Source: Chrysomallon squamiferum
Lineage: Eukaryota; Animalia; Mollusca
Reading direction: 5' to 3'
Length of the DNA: 64,000 bases
NCBI GenBank assembly: GCA_012295275.1
Contig: CM022674.1
Coordinates: 16,802,001-16,866,000, forward strand
The notes under the pieces were generated by a model, which made no database searches, was not told the DNA's origin, and saw only the letters and a list, made by a program, of their open reading frames with translations. This document shows positions 1-17,735 of the stretch, in pieces. Each line of letters opens with the position of its first letter. The first letter of the stretch is position 1. The translations under genes and the position numbers were made by a program.

Positions 1-586
1 GCCATGGATCACATTTAAACAATAAACTGTAGACAGTTTCAAACATTATTATTTTGCTTTTCGAAAACAACTAAACTAAAGGTATCAAATGTGTGTGTTT
101 TATTTTTGTTTTGTTTCTCTCTGAAAATCACTTTATGTACCTTGATTGAATTCAGTCAGTACACTTTTCCAGTTACAGCATTTTGTTGTTAATGCTAATT
201 TTAAAGAAATGAATTGGTTAAATGAAAAAAAAAAAAAAGATACAAGGACAAAAAAGTCTTTAGTAATTATTTTTTGCATAATCTATCTAGAATGGGAAAA
301 AAGCATTTTCTAGTTAACGTTTTATATATTTTCCAATTAGTATTTGTTGGGTATAGAAATGTACACAACCTTTTAATGTTAACTTCAGAAAATAGTTAAA
401 TTGTGGTATAATAAGAAATTGTTTTAAAACAGAAAACAATTCGCTAAATATTATTTATTGTTGATTAATAATCAAGAATCTACATTATGTTAATATAAAT
501 GCATATAAGAAATTATTTCATTTATTTATTTAAAATTATTGATTGGCTTTAATAATAATAATAATAATAAATGCATTACTCTTGTG

Positions 587-623
<37 letters not shown>

Positions 624-1489
624 TGTGTATATATATATATATGAATAATGTGACCAATACACTTTGACCAAACCATCTCTGTAAATTATGACACATTTCT
701 TTAATATATTTTACCTGACTTTTACATTGTAATATAATTATTTGAGCATTATGTTAAGATGTAATCCTTTGTGAATCCTAGTGACTCATTCACCCCATAA
801 TGTAGTCCTTTGTGTATCCTACTGACCCATACACCATTTCAATTTAGTTCTTACCATATCCTAGAGGCCTACTATACCTCTGTAATTTACCCTCTACAAC
901 CTTGTAATATAAACCTCAGTCTACAGTAAAGTCAAGGCTTAACTCATCTACTTGTGAGTATAAATTGAAACGCCCATATGAAATATGAAATAAAAAAGGA
1001 AATCTGTTTTTATTGTATTTTTCGTTGCACCAGACCAAACACATCCTTCCGCACCAGAAAGAAAATAAACAAAAAATATCTTAACTGCAGATTACAGCCC
1101 TGCAGGTAAAACAGTTCACTGACGCCATACCTACTCTTGTTATCATAAACAAATAATATTATTCATTATCTTTAGTAAAACATATATTAAATATGCATTT
1201 TTATGACAAATACTGAGAGTATAGAATAGTATAGTATAGTATACGATAGTATAGTATAGTACAGTATAGTATAATACTGTATAGTATTGTATATCATAGT
1301 ATTTATCTATTAACAATAAGTCTCAACATAAAGGGTCCTCCTATGCTATAGTGAACCCTGGGCAAGTTTCCAGTATTCCTGTGTGTTAAGATGTCCCTAG
1401 TCTAAACAAAAAAAGTTCAAAAAAGAAATACTAAAAAGAAAATAAATGTCAAACAGCGTTTTTAAAAAAAAAAAAAAATAGAAATACTC

Positions 1490-2818
1490 CGAGAATCACA
1501 AATCGCTTTCTTTTGTTAGCAGTATCTGTTGAAGATGAATTTCAAGAAGCTGAACTTGATGGTGTGTTGGAAATGAAACTGTGAAATGAAGGTTTCCTGT
1601 TCGGAGTACTTGCTGTAGAAGCAGATCTGTAAAATGTTGGTGTTGTGCTGAAAGTTTTTGCTGTAGAAGCTTAACTCTGAAATACTGGTGAAGTCTTGGA
1701 AGTGTTTGCTGTAGAAGTAGATCTACGAAATCTTAGTGTTGTGTTGAGAGTGTTTGCTGTAGAAGCTGAAAACCGAAATACTGGTGAAGTGTTGGAAGTG
1801 TTTCCTATAGAAGCTGAACTCTGAAATACTGGTGAAGTGTTGGAAGTGTTTACTGAAGAAGCAGAACTGTGTAATCTTAGTGTTGTGTTGGGAGTGTTTG
1901 CTGAAGAAGCTGAACTCTGAAATACTGGTGAAGTGTTGGAAGTGTTTACTGAAGAAGCAGAACTGTGAAATCTTAGTGTTGTGTTGGAAGTGTTTGCTGT
2001 AGAAGCAGAACTGTGTAATCCTAGTTTTGTGTTGGGAGTGTTTGCTGTAGAAGCTGAACTCTGAAATGCTGGTGAATTGTATGGAAGTGTTTACTGAAGA
2101 AGCAGAACTGTGTAATCTTAGTGTTGCGTTGGAAGTGTTTGCTGAATAAGCTGAACTCTGAAATACTGGTGAAGTGTTGGAAGTGTTTGCTGCAGAAGCT
2201 GAACTCTGAAATACTGGTGAAGTGTTGGAAGTGTTTACTGAAGAAGCAGAACTGTGTAATCTTAGTGTTGCGTTGGAAGTGTTTGCTGAATAAGCTGAAC
2301 TCTGAAACACTGGTGAAGTGCTGGAAGTGTTTACTGTAGAAGCAGAACTGTGAAATGTTAGTGTTGCGTTGGAAGTGTTTGCTGTAGAAGCTGAACTCTG
2401 AAATACTGGTGAAGTGTTAGAAGTGTTTACTGTAGAAGCAGAACTGTGAAATGTTAGTGTTGCGTTGGAAGTATTTGCTGTAGAAGCTGAACTCTGAAAT
2501 ACTGGTGAAGTGTTGGAAGTGTTTACTGTAGAAGCAGAACTGTGAAATGTTAGTGTTGCGTTGGAAGTGTTTGCTGTAGAAGCTGAACTCTGAAATACTG
2601 GTGAAGTGTTGGAAGTGTTTACTGAAGAAGCAGAACTGTGTAATCTTAGTGTTGTGTTGGGAGTGTTTGCTGAAGAAGCTGAACTCTGAAATACTGGTGA
2701 AGTGTTAGAAGTGTTTACTGCAGAAGCAGAAATGTGAAATGTGAAATGTTAGACGAAGTCTACATGATGCGAGATCGACCCCCTTCATATAGGAAAGGCG
2801 TAAATAATAGCAATACTA

Positions 2819-2854
<36 letters not shown>

Positions 2855-3150
2855 ATAATAATAATAATAATATGTATACCTGCAAGTGTTCAGATTATTC
2901 TTATCATGATTTTTTCTTCTGATATCATCAATCAACATCATAAGACATTTAAATGTCCTGACTCACTTATATCTTTAGATGATCAGGTCACCTGAGCTGT
3001 TGGAAGTGTCTAGTTTCGTGTATTGTCCACACTGATTCTCTGTTATTGCTACGCATCCTTCCGGAAACTGTGCGTTAGGCTCGAAATCATGTCAAACTGG
3101 TCCCAACTTCCGGCCATGGCATTTGCGCCTTGCACGGGAACACGAAACAA
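1490..3150 (-). pseudogene. Probable C-type-lectin-like + mucin-stalk pseudogene fragment
   Basis: AG/GT-bounded exon ~3150-2992 reads VSCSRARRKCHGRKLGPV*HDFEPNAQFPEGCVAITENQC; W(->stop)xxxEPN...CVAI resembles the CTLD EPN motif. The S/T-rich repeat follows on the same strand. Stops and a frameshift are present. Confidence 0.45.
1600..2735 (-). repeat. 48-bp tandem repeat (~23 units, two variants mostly alternating) encoding a Ser/Thr/Asn-rich mucin-like stalk
   Basis: Units gaagctgaactctgaaatactggtgaagtgttggaagtgtttactgaa and gaagcagaactgtgtaatcttagtgttgtgttgggagtgtttgctgaa (both 48 nt). Minus-strand frame reads SSASSVNTSNTSPVFQ / SSASTANTSNATLRLH, with a frameshift near 2080. Confidence 0.9.
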
Positions 3151-3309
3151 CTGTAAATCATTCGTTAGATTTATTTATTTATTTATTTAGAGATGATACC
3201 ATATAGTAAATATGTGTACAGTTGAAAAATACACGCGGCGCGTTAATAATGTCAGAGATACATGCAGTATATCAGCCTAGTTTAAAATACTGTAACAGAT
3301 TTCTGTAAT

Positions 3310-4770
3310 AATGACAATGACTTTATTCTCATAAACTGTAGGATTTCAGCACAGAGAAGAATGTATTAGAGCTACATAATAACAAAATTAAAATGCACAT
3401 GCGTGAAAGTTTAACGTTTAACGCGGAGGACAAACTCTGTCATATATAGTTGTTATTAATAAACATAGCTTTTTCAATACAAATATAGTTTACTGTTAAA
3501 CAAATTATTATATGAAAATACATTTAGATGTTTCATATATCATATATTTAACTGGTATATCTGTTCTCGCATTTAATAATATAGGATCATTACATTCAAA
3601 TATATAATGATATTCATCACCAATTTAGTTAAGATTACAGATATGATATTTTCTGTTTTCTCTTAGAATACTGCACCATGGTCCAGTTTCAATAGGAAGT
3701 TTAGATTTCGCGGTTCTAAATTTACATAAGACATTAGCCTTGTTTTGAGTCAGCAAAGAAAGATAGTTTTGTAATTTCAATTTTTAAAGTTTTTATAATT
3801 GATACGCTTTGGAGACGTTTCAGTTTGATTTTTCCACATCTGTAGACACTGATAATGTAATATTGTGGACACCGTTTCACGTAACAATTTAATATTATTT
3901 AAGTTGCGATATGTCCATGTATATGTTAAACCACAATCATCTAAAATATTTTTACAAATTTGTCCAAGGAGAATGGATAGCATGCATTAAATAACATAGC
4001 TCTGACGAAGTTTTGTTTTGGGTTTTGTAAATTAGGTTCCCCCGAAAGGTTATCATTCTTACTGTTATAGAAATAAAAAGGTGACACCGTCCTAGTTCAC
4101 CATAGATCATAAAACCTAGGGTACATTTATTAACATTAAGTAAATACTTACAAAGTTTCATATGGAATCTTTCTATTAGTTGTATATTTGTAAAACCCCA
4201 TACTTCACAACAATACCATAAAATTGGCTCTATTAGTTTGTCAAATAAATCAAGTATACATTCCACGGAGAGATTATTCTGACGACGTTTAGCTATTAGG
4301 CTATATATGGCTTTCACTGCTTTCTTATAGAGTTGTTTTACATTGTAAGTGAACTGGCCGTTTCTTGTAAAATGTATATAGTTATATTTATAGTTATCTG
4401 CTGTATCAATCAATCTCTCCATCAAATTTAAATATATAATCACTTTTTTTTCTCCTTTTAGTGAAAATCATTATTTTACTTCTATTTATATTAACTTTAA
4501 GTCTCCATAGTCGGCGGTAATTAGTAAAAATGTTAAGATTATGTTGCAGAGCATTCGGTGATTCTGCTAACAGTATTGTATCGTCAGCATACTGTAGAAT
4601 AAAATGCTTTAAATAAATATTAAATTTTTTTCAGATATAAGAAATTCCTCTAAGTCATTTAGAAAAAAAAAAGAACATAAAAATTGGCGATAGATTTGCT
4701 TCTTGCCTAACACCGATTTTAGAATTAAAACTATCAGAAACCGTTGGCTGTAATTTTATCCTTAATATCT
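3310..4770 (-). mobile_element. 5'-truncated non-LTR retrotransposon (RT domain + C-terminus; RTE-X/CR1-L2-like), degenerate
   Basis: Minus strand: GVRQEANLSPIL (~4715-4680), LQYADDTILLAES (~4597-4560), LFDKLIEPILWYCCEVWG, IYGELGR, LPIETGPW, GDEYHYIFEC; then AATAAA and a (GTCATT)n tail at ~3310-3328. Confidence 0.85.
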
Positions 4771-4999
4771 TTATACATATTATCAGAAAGATAATTACAA
4801 ACTGTTTACTCTTTTTTTTTTTTTTTTTTCAATAGATTTGTAAAATGTCTTTGATTTGTTTGTTTTAAAAAGGTCTATTGTAAATCAGTCAATAATCATG
4901 ATTTTGGGGAATAAAACATCTTTTTAACTTTTGAATCGTTTTTTTTTTTTTTTATTATTGACTAATTGAGATTTGGTGAAACTAATTGTAAAATAAAAA

Positions 5000-5220
5000 A
5001 CAGTTATTCAGAATAGAGATAGTATCGGTTTGAAACATAGATATGAACGACAAACCTTTCAACAGAATTCAGTGTAAAAAATACAACAACAATATATAAA
5101 TATATATATAAATGGTATATTTATATATTGTTCTTGTATTTTTTACACTGAATTCTGAGGAAAAGTTTGTCATTCATATATGTATTTCAAATTGATACTA
5201 TCTCTATTCTGAATAACTGT
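5000..5220. mobile_element. 221-bp palindrome / MITE-like hairpin
   Basis: acagttattcagaatagagatagtatc... at 5000 is the reverse complement of ...gatactatctctattctgaataactgt ending at 5220. Arms are ~105 bp with an (AT)n-rich centre. Confidence 0.75.
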
Positions 5221-5398
5221 GTCACACGGTTAATTTATTTGAAGAATTCAGTTTGGTAGATACAGTGACTTGGAAACATTAGTAGAAAAAATTAATATTT
5301 TATTTGGCTCTGTGAACTAACGAGTAAAACCGTGTTATATAAGCAGACTAATTTAGTTCTGAATGCATATATCTGAATTTCAACATATCGTTTATGAA

Positions 5399-6478
<1,080 letters not shown>

Positions 6479-6611
6479 GTAGGAAATTAATAATAAATAA
6501 TTAAAATAAATATATTATTAAGTTAGTGAATTAACTGAGTCATTAAAATCTGTGTAAACAATTATAGTGATTTTGTTCTGAATAGAAAATAGCACTGAAA
6601 TCATTGATAAA

Positions 6612-7482
6612 ATGCAGATAGTGAGAAAGATGCACGGGATACTATTCTGCTTTTTAGCATTTCTGATAATTGTTGTTTTTATTGCCAATTCTGTGCTTAG
6701 TACTCGTAAGACTTTTCGAACGTGTCCAGTAAACTCCACTGCGTCACAGAATGTTCCAGCTACGTCGGCTGTAAAAGGTTTCGTATATAACAACGGCAAC
6801 GACATGTGTTCTCTGTATAATGAAAACTTCACATCTCTTTGGTAGAATCACATTTTCTGTCTTTAGGTTTGTTGATTTATATACGTATTCCTTTATTTAT
6901 TTATTTACTTTGTTTTATTACTATGTATATTTATTGCAGGCAGGCTTTGTTTTTATATAGATTTACATTGGCGATGACGATACTACTACTACTATAATGT
7001 TCCTTCTGACAGAGCAGAGATAATTAATGTTATTATTATAGAAAGTGTTCCCCCTATCTGTGTAGAGATAAATAATGTTATTATTATTACAGAAAGTGTT
7101 CCATCTGACACTGTATAGATAATTAATGCTATCATTGTTTTAGAAAGAATTCAGTCTGACTGTCTACAAATAATTAGTGTTATCATTAGAGGAAGTGCTC
7201 CCTCTCACTGTGTATACATAATTATTGTTATTTTTGTTACAGAAAATGTTCCCTCTGACTGTGAAGAGATAATTTATGTTGTTGTTATTCCAGAAAGTGT
7301 TTCCTCTGACTGTGAAGGGATAATTTATGTTGTTATTATTACAGAAAGTGTTCCCTCTGACTGTAGTGATGATTATGAATGGAGGTAAAACAAGCGGAGT
7401 GTATACTATTGTACCACGTGACAACAGCAGACCAATCAGGGCGAAATACTGCGAAATATCTGACAGTGATAGCGGTTGGCTT
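6612..7482 (+). pseudogene. PAN-FReD pseudogene copy B (exons 1-2)
   Basis: Exon 1 has an internal deletion/frameshift and no donor. Exon 2 7345-7482 is frameshifted and preceded by the acceptor-repeat ladder. Confidence 0.85.
6993..7377 (+). repeat. 51-bp tandem repeat of the intron1/exon2 junction (~8 units)
   Basis: ag|aaagtgttccNtctgactgtgtagagataa units start at 7042, 7093, 7144, 7192, 7243, 7294 and 7345. Confidence 0.9.
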
Positions 7483-7650
7483 GTAAATTTGAGCAATGCT
7501 TTTGTTAATTTTCTATCGTTTAATTTCATATATTATTAGCTTTTTTTTATCTCTTTTGCGAATTTTCATTCTTTTCGTTTCGCTTTATTGATACACGTTT
7601 TATTGTTTCCCTAATTATTTTGTTCTTGTTAATGTTCTGTTTATGCTCTC

Positions 7651-7741
<91 letters not shown>

Positions 7742-7934
7742 AGAACATTGTGTTTCTTATATATTATTAGTGATCAAATAAAAAGGATCTGTTGTATCTA
7801 TTGCAAACATACATGCATTCATATCATAGCATATCGCATCACATCGGGTCATCATATCAGACCCATATGATATATCGCATAACACATACTATAATATTAT
7901 TTAAAAAATTGCATTTGGTGTTTATTATAATACC

Positions 7935-8050
<116 letters not shown>

Positions 8051-8459
8051 CTTGTTTCTTTTTGTTTTGCTTCAGGGATTGGTTTTGGGCGAAATGTTTG
8101 TTTAGTTTTTTGGTGGTCTTCTTTGTTTCGTTGTTCTGTTTATTTGTATTCTTACTGCAGTTCTTTCAAGTCTCATAACAAAAGCTGGTCTGGTGTCGCC
8201 CTTCAGGCTGCAGACTGTGAGCACAATGTACGCAGAACATTAATGCAGTGGATAAATGAAAATCACTTTAAAAACAACTCTTAAAGGGGAAAGCTAATAT
8301 CTTGTAACACAGGTGTGTGGACACGTGCTTATCCTGCTTTTCAGTATTAGTAGTGAATGATTCAAAAATTGTGTATGGAGCAATACGGGAGTTAAAAAGG
8401 GAAGTTGTTGATCAGATCACACAAACAAAAAATAAAAAAATAATAAAAAAGACAATATC

Positions 8460-8511
<52 letters not shown>

Positions 8512-8577
8512 GTTAGTGTCTACTTACGTTTTTGATTTGATTTGATTTGATTTGATTTTAGTATTTGATTTTTAGGT

Positions 8578-8662
<85 letters not shown>

Positions 8663-9581
8663 TTTATGTAGAATAGCAATGCGCAGTCAGATGAAAACAA
8701 AGCACAGTATTCATGGTCACAATGCTACTTAGGATACAGAGAATATCATAGATATTTTCTAGGAAGAAATTGTATAATTATTAAAATTAGTATTAAGAGA
8801 TTTTGTTCAAACGAAAGCTCATCTACATGATTTAAACAACTAGTTATTAAAACTGTGTAAACACTGAGTGAAGCCCAACAACATATTAGTTCCAAAAGCG
8901 AGAAATCTAAGTGCAGCGTGGATACAACCCATTCTTAAACTGACATCCTGCAGTCTTCATTAACTGCGCAAATGCAATTTTCTGTCTGTTTATAGATACC
9001 ACAACAGATGTGTTAACCTTCTGTTGTTCTACGATGTGACAGTTCATGATGAAGGTTTTTTTTATTTTTTTTTTTTTTTTTGTGTAATAATTATCTTATT
9101 TTATTTTACTATCATTATTATTTCTTTCTATATAGACATATATATATGTATGTCTGTGTATGTATGTATTTATAAAAATACATACATATGTATATGTGTT
9201 GCTGTGTATGTGTGTGTCTGTATGTACGCGTACATACGTAGGTATTAATATGTAAATTCATACTTACAAATATCACCGTTACAAATATCCTTAGGGATTA
9301 AATAAAAACAAATTGTTAACAATACATTATTACAATCAATGAAATAAAACTTATCTAACTGTATACAAATAAATAAATAATTTATCTTTCTTCACCTGTT
9401 TTGTTATTTTTCAAATTGACTAATATTACACTGATCAATCTATATATGACCATCCACTGAACTGAGTCACGTGGGATCAACTTTCCCAGTAATGTTTTGT
9501 CTTCAAAGAGATGATATTATTTAAAATATTGATGTGTTTTTATATAAACTAGATATTGTGCTTACAATCAGCCTGATATAA

Positions 9582-9622
<41 letters not shown>

Positions 9623-9809
9623 ATTCAGTAGTAGTGGTAGTAGTAGTAATAGTAGTAGTAGTATTGTTTGGTTAGTTGTTTGTTTCCTCTTGCTTTAATG
9701 AAAGTTTTTTTTTTTACTATTATTTATATTTTTTATTATCATGTTTATGCGTCTATTTTAGAAAGCATTATATATGCATATATATATATATATATATATA
9801 TAGACAGAC

Positions 9810-9891
<82 letters not shown>

Positions 9892-10961
9892 AAAAATCAA
9901 CGAATAAAAATAAATTAATAAAAACAGAGACAAAATCAAATAAAAAATCAACGAATAAACCAATGAACAAACAAACAGACAAACAAACAAACAAATAAAA
10001 TCATTAATAAATGAAGCAAGAACATATTTTCCTTTTATTACAGACAGAATAGCAAACAACTTAAAAATCAGAATCAACACTGGTAGAAGTTTCACGAATT
10101 TTTCCTTCACAAAATACACGTTTATATTAGCAGCTAGGAACCTATTACAAACTCTTTAATACAGTACAGCTCATACCAACAGAAACAAACACGAATTTGA
10201 AGGTGAAAAAAAGACTGGCTAAAGCCGGGATCGATACTTATAATCTACCTGTATCAGGCAAACGTTTCAAATATCAGTAACAGTTATCTTCTTCTTTTTT
10301 TTTATTGTCATAACTTATCTTTATCCAGAACACTAATTAAAATAAAATAATTCAGGAACATTTGTTTACGTAAATTTATATTTTAACAGCTTTTTCCAAA
10401 GAAAACAAATATAAAATTAAATTTCAAAAGTCTTATAAATTTACATTTAGCAATTGTTCCAAAATAAGCAGTTTATGGATTTATATCAAATAAAAACTAA
10501 AACACATTAATAATTCAAACATTCTATTTCATATTTTTCTTTAAAATGGCTTTCTTTTTTCCTTAATTTAACATACTATCTTTCAGAGGTGTATTTCTTT
10601 TTTTTCTTTTTTTATTTGAATGGCATTATTTACAATATTTTGAATAATAAAACATTCCTGACACTTGGAATTGTGTTTCATATTTTTTTTTTTTTTTCTC
10701 TAGTTAATAATTTGTTTTCATTAGGCTAGTACTATTGCTTCATTTGAACTAACAAAACATTTTTCCGTCAAACACGCAGACCGCCGAATTTTCATCACAG
10801 TTTCAGTGCAAAACAGAATACGACCACATTTTCATTACAGTCAAAATTGAAAACTGAAGATGGTCAACTTGTCGTTACAGTTTCAGATAAAAAGAAAAGA
10901 TGGTCGAATTTAATTAACGTTTTAATTCAAAACTGATTATGATCCAAATTTCATTACTGTT

Positions 10962-13329
<2,368 letters not shown>

Positions 13330-13671
13330 AAACGATATGTTGAAATTCAGATATATGTATTCAGAACTAAATTAGTCTACTTATATAACACGGTTTTACT
13401 CGTCATTTCACAGAGCCAAATAAAATATGAATTTGTTCTACTAATGTTTCCAAGACACTGTGTCTACCAAACTGAACTCTTCAAATACATTAACTGTGTG
13501 ACACAATTTTCAGTCCAGAGCAGAAATATTTCATTCTGTAAAATAAAACCTTTTTTTAAATAATTCCTATTGATCTGTTTACTTGTTTTTGATTTAGTTC
13601 TCTATTTGTTTCAGTTATTTTGTTGTTTTTGTTGTTCTTACTGTTCATATATTTTATTAATATATATTTGT

Positions 13672-15630
13672 GGGTAGATGACAAATGTCGTGCTTCCTCT
13701 AAAATCTTCCAAGTCAATTTTTAGATCGTAGTAACCCTGTCTGGTCAACCGATGTATGTTTTCATTGCCTGGCAAGATAAATCAGACAGATAATCGATAA
13801 ATACTTCGTTCAATGAATAAGCATATATCGAGATATTTATCTAATTTTTGTTTGTCTGTTTCCTTGTTCGCTTGTTTCTTTGTTTCTTTCCTTCTTTCAC
13901 TCTTTTATCTGGATTCACTGCTTTTAACAATATTGTTCTTTTTGTTGTTGTTGTTGTTTTTTTTGTGTTCTGTTTTTGATCTTACTCATTCACAAACATA
14001 CGCAGATACATACATGCACATATATACACACACACAATTTTTGTAGATGGCAAATGTCGTGCTTCCTCTAAAATCTTCCAAGTCAGTTTTTAGATCGTAG
14101 AAACCCTGTCTGGTCAATCGATGTACGTTCTCATTTCCTGGCAATACAAAAATCAGATCGATAATCGTTCAATGAACCATAAAATATCGAGATATTTTAT
14201 TGTATTTTATTTATTATTATTTGTTTTATTCTTATTATTATTCTTATTACTATTATCATCATCATCATCATCATCATCATCCTCATAATCTTCAAATGTG
14301 CATTAAGTTATTTTTAAAGGAATACATTTCGTTTTTACTTTTTTCTTCTTAATGATTCTCTTTCGTATATGTCGACATACACAAAAACACACACACACAC
14401 ACAAATACACACACACAAACACACACATTCACACCTTTTGATACATTATATTTGTGATTCCATCCCTTAACTCACTTTTTTATGAATATTTTCATTATTA
14501 ATCATTAATTACTTACCTAGCCAGAATTCGTTAGTTAATGAACCAAATCCGTCTCTGTATTCTTGCCACATTCTGTAGAAATTATCTGATCCGTCCGTCC
14601 GTCTCTGAAATACCTAAACATCAAAAGAAGAATAGAAAAGAATTAGTTAAAAAGACAAAAATAGTTCGACACACAATAAAACGCACATCAATAAAGCGAA
14701 GCGAAAAGGAAGAAAACAGAAAAAAACAGAGAGAAAAAACCCAATAACAATGGATGAAATGAAAAAATAGTAGAATTCATAAAGCCGATTCCTGACTGTC
14801 GTGTAGGACATGGTTCTCAATGCTAAGCACTGTTGGTTTAAAGATGTGGTTGAGACTCATGATCGACATCTAACAAGTCTCAACAATTCTCTCTCCTCTC
14901 TTATTGTTGTCTTACAGGGTCTCCCATGTCTTGTACGATCTTTAGAAACCTGTTATGGACGCTCTGTGTTTTGTTTAATAGTCTTGAAATGATGGATATA
15001 CTGCGTCCAAGTTAACATTCGAATAGTTTGATGAGAATTCCTGCATCTCTCATGCCAATCAGTTGCCACATTGTAGTCTCACAACGTACAACGTGCCAAT
15101 TCACCACAGTTGTGGTTCTGAATATTCGGAGCAAACTGACAAGTCAGAAAGTAATCACTATAAACTTGATTACTGTTTACATCAACAAAACAATATATAT
15201 TTTTTTCTAAATATAGATATGAACTGTTTACAGATAATTTTAATATACAGTTATATTAATCGATTATTTTTATTGTTATTGTTCTGGTTGTTTAGAATTA
15301 TATACATTTATTTTAGAAATGAAATAGAATTGTATGTATTTGGTTATTTATATATTCATTCATTCATTCATTTATTTTACTTTTTGTTACTTTGTTTAAT
15401 TTTTTAAAATTCTTCTTATCATTAGTATGATTTCTGTTGTTGTTGTTGTATTTATTTCAAATTACCTGCTCTTTTCTTATATTTTTCTAGTGATAAGTGA
15501 TAAAAATTATCTTCTCCAGTTATAAAGACATTTTTGTAGACAGAAAAAGTCGTGTTTCCTTCAAAATTTTCCAAGTCAATTTTCAGGTTGTAGTAACCCT
15601 CACTGATCAACCGATGTATGTTCTCACTTG
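13672..15630 (-). pseudogene. Scrambled FReD exon fragments (exon 4, exon 3, two partial exon 4s)
   Basis: Full exon 4 15630-15466; Tc1 relic ~15120-14785; intact exon 3 14613-14517 ([32 protein letters not shown]); 5' halves of exon 4 at ~14138-14041 and ~13768-13672. Confidence 0.85.
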
Positions 15631-15874
15631 CTGGCAAGATAAATCAGATTGATAATCGATAAATCCACTGTTCAACGAATGGACATTATATTTGTTTGTA
15701 TGATCTGTTTTCACTGATTTTACCAAAATGATGTTGATTTTTCGCTCATTTTCTTAATCACCCACACGCACATAAACGCACACACATACGCACACACACA
15801 CACACACACACAAACACACAAACACACATCTTTTGATATATTATATTTGTGAACTCACCCACTTAACCTACCAA

Positions 15875-16390
15875 CGTTATGCACAGTTCTTGATTTTATA
15901 CCGTCGTACATATTAATTGTTTTTCTGAAACATTTCCCATTAATATCGTAACTTAATAGTTTTTGTCATGAAGCAAAAGGTCAAACACAATCAAAGGCTT
16001 CTTCAAAATCTCTAAAAACACAGTACATACTTTTACCTGTTTAAATATACTGGAAATAAAAAATGTGAAAATTCTCTCCTTGGCTTATTCCAATATTGCG
16101 AAAAAAATATTCTGATACAATTCTTGATTTTATACCGTCGTATATTTTAAATATTATTCTGAAACATTTCCCATTAGTATCTTGATTTTTTTGCCATAAA
16201 TGAATAGGCCCTACAGATTCAAACACATTTTGAAAATCGATAAAAGAATAGTATATATTTTTTTCGTTCTCTTTACTAATTCAAATAAAGTTTGTACTAC
16301 AAAAACGTTATCAGTTGTAGAGTAATCTTATCGAAAGCCAGACTGACTTTTTCCCAGTAATTCAACTTGATCAGGGAAAAACGTTAGACA
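15875..16390 (-). mobile_element. Degenerate non-LTR RT fragment
   Basis: Minus strand reads QSGFR..YSTTDNVFVVQTL, FIDFQNVF and IGISQGENF. Duplicated at ~60856-61390. Confidence 0.65.
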
Positions 16391-17735
16391 ACAAGATGAT
16401 GATGATGCGACGATATTGACGATGAAATTAATAAGAAAAATAATCAGAAAGATGTAAATATGAAAAACGTAAATCATTAATTATTGTTACTGTTCTGTCA
16501 AAGAGATGGCTATAACTTATTTAATAATGATCATTTATGTTACTGTGGTTGTACTGAAGATTTTAGAAACCGATTCTTCCTACGCTTTATTTAAATATAT
16601 CTATGTACCCATCCATATAGACTATTATACTTACATTAATAACCTACCTACCTACTTAAATATCTTCACACATGTACACATACGTACGTACTTGCAGAGA
16701 CACATATTTACGTATGTAGTGGCATCATACCGATAACCACACATACATAGTTTTATACGTACTTAATACATTATCTGTACACACATTATATACATATATG
16801 CATACATATATATATACAAAAATGCATGAATATAGACATACATATATTCCAATTCTCTATTTAGAAGACCAATACTCTAATTAAATTATTTTATAGAGAT
16901 AACTGGAATATTCTAACACATCAAACAAATAGTATGAAATAAATAATTCACTTGTTTTCGTGTTAACTTAATACTCATTAGTAAAAAAAGCATATACCTG
17001 TACCAGTGTGTTTGAGTCTGTGGATATGGGGTTGGTAGTTCGATGGATATATTGGTTCATAGATCTAAAGAGGGATTGTTGAAATCCTGCAAAGTAAAGA
17101 ATTGTTTATTTTTAAACAGTATACACTTACAAATATATTAATAAAATAAAAGAACAGTAACAGCAACAAAAGCAAAAAAAGAACTGCAAAAGAAATTAAA
17201 AACAAATAAACAAAATATCCACATAAACAATCCCTAGCAACAAAAACCAATAATCATACAGCAACAAAAATACCAAAACAGAACAAACCTTACGCCCAAA
17301 ACCAATATCTGAAGCAAGACAGAAAGAAACAAGAAATCAAGCAGAGGCAGAAGCAAAAGGAAGATATGAGAAATTCTGCTAGTTCAGCAAGCGTAGATAT
17401 TAAGTTTTTAAAGACGAACAAATCATAATTCAAATGATCATTTCCCTGACGACTATTAAACGAATAAACAATTCTGTTCGGCTACTATTTCTTTCAGTTG
17501 AATTCAAAGAATCAATACGAATTACACAAAAACCCATAATCACTGCATTATTAATTACATTACCCATATTCATTGTAACATCAAAAACTAGTTTGCCAAA
17601 TCTGACTACCATACTCTTTGTCTTCTATATGTTTCGGCTGAAGTGAGACATGCTGCAGGAGTTCTTAAAAAGGTTTTATGTAACACAGGATGAACTATTT
17701 CTGTTCTGGACTGTCACACGGTTAATATATTCGAT
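15875..17735 (+). repeat. Direct segmental duplication, partner at ~60856-62754
   Basis: Near-identical sequence; ORFs 16506/61507 and 17434/62453 are paired. Confidence 0.9.

Noticed and set aside
1600-2735. Regular repeats resembling a CRISPR array (also the 40- and 51-bp arrays)
   Set aside because: The units are contiguous with no unique spacers, no cas genes are present, and the context is eukaryotic and intron-containing.
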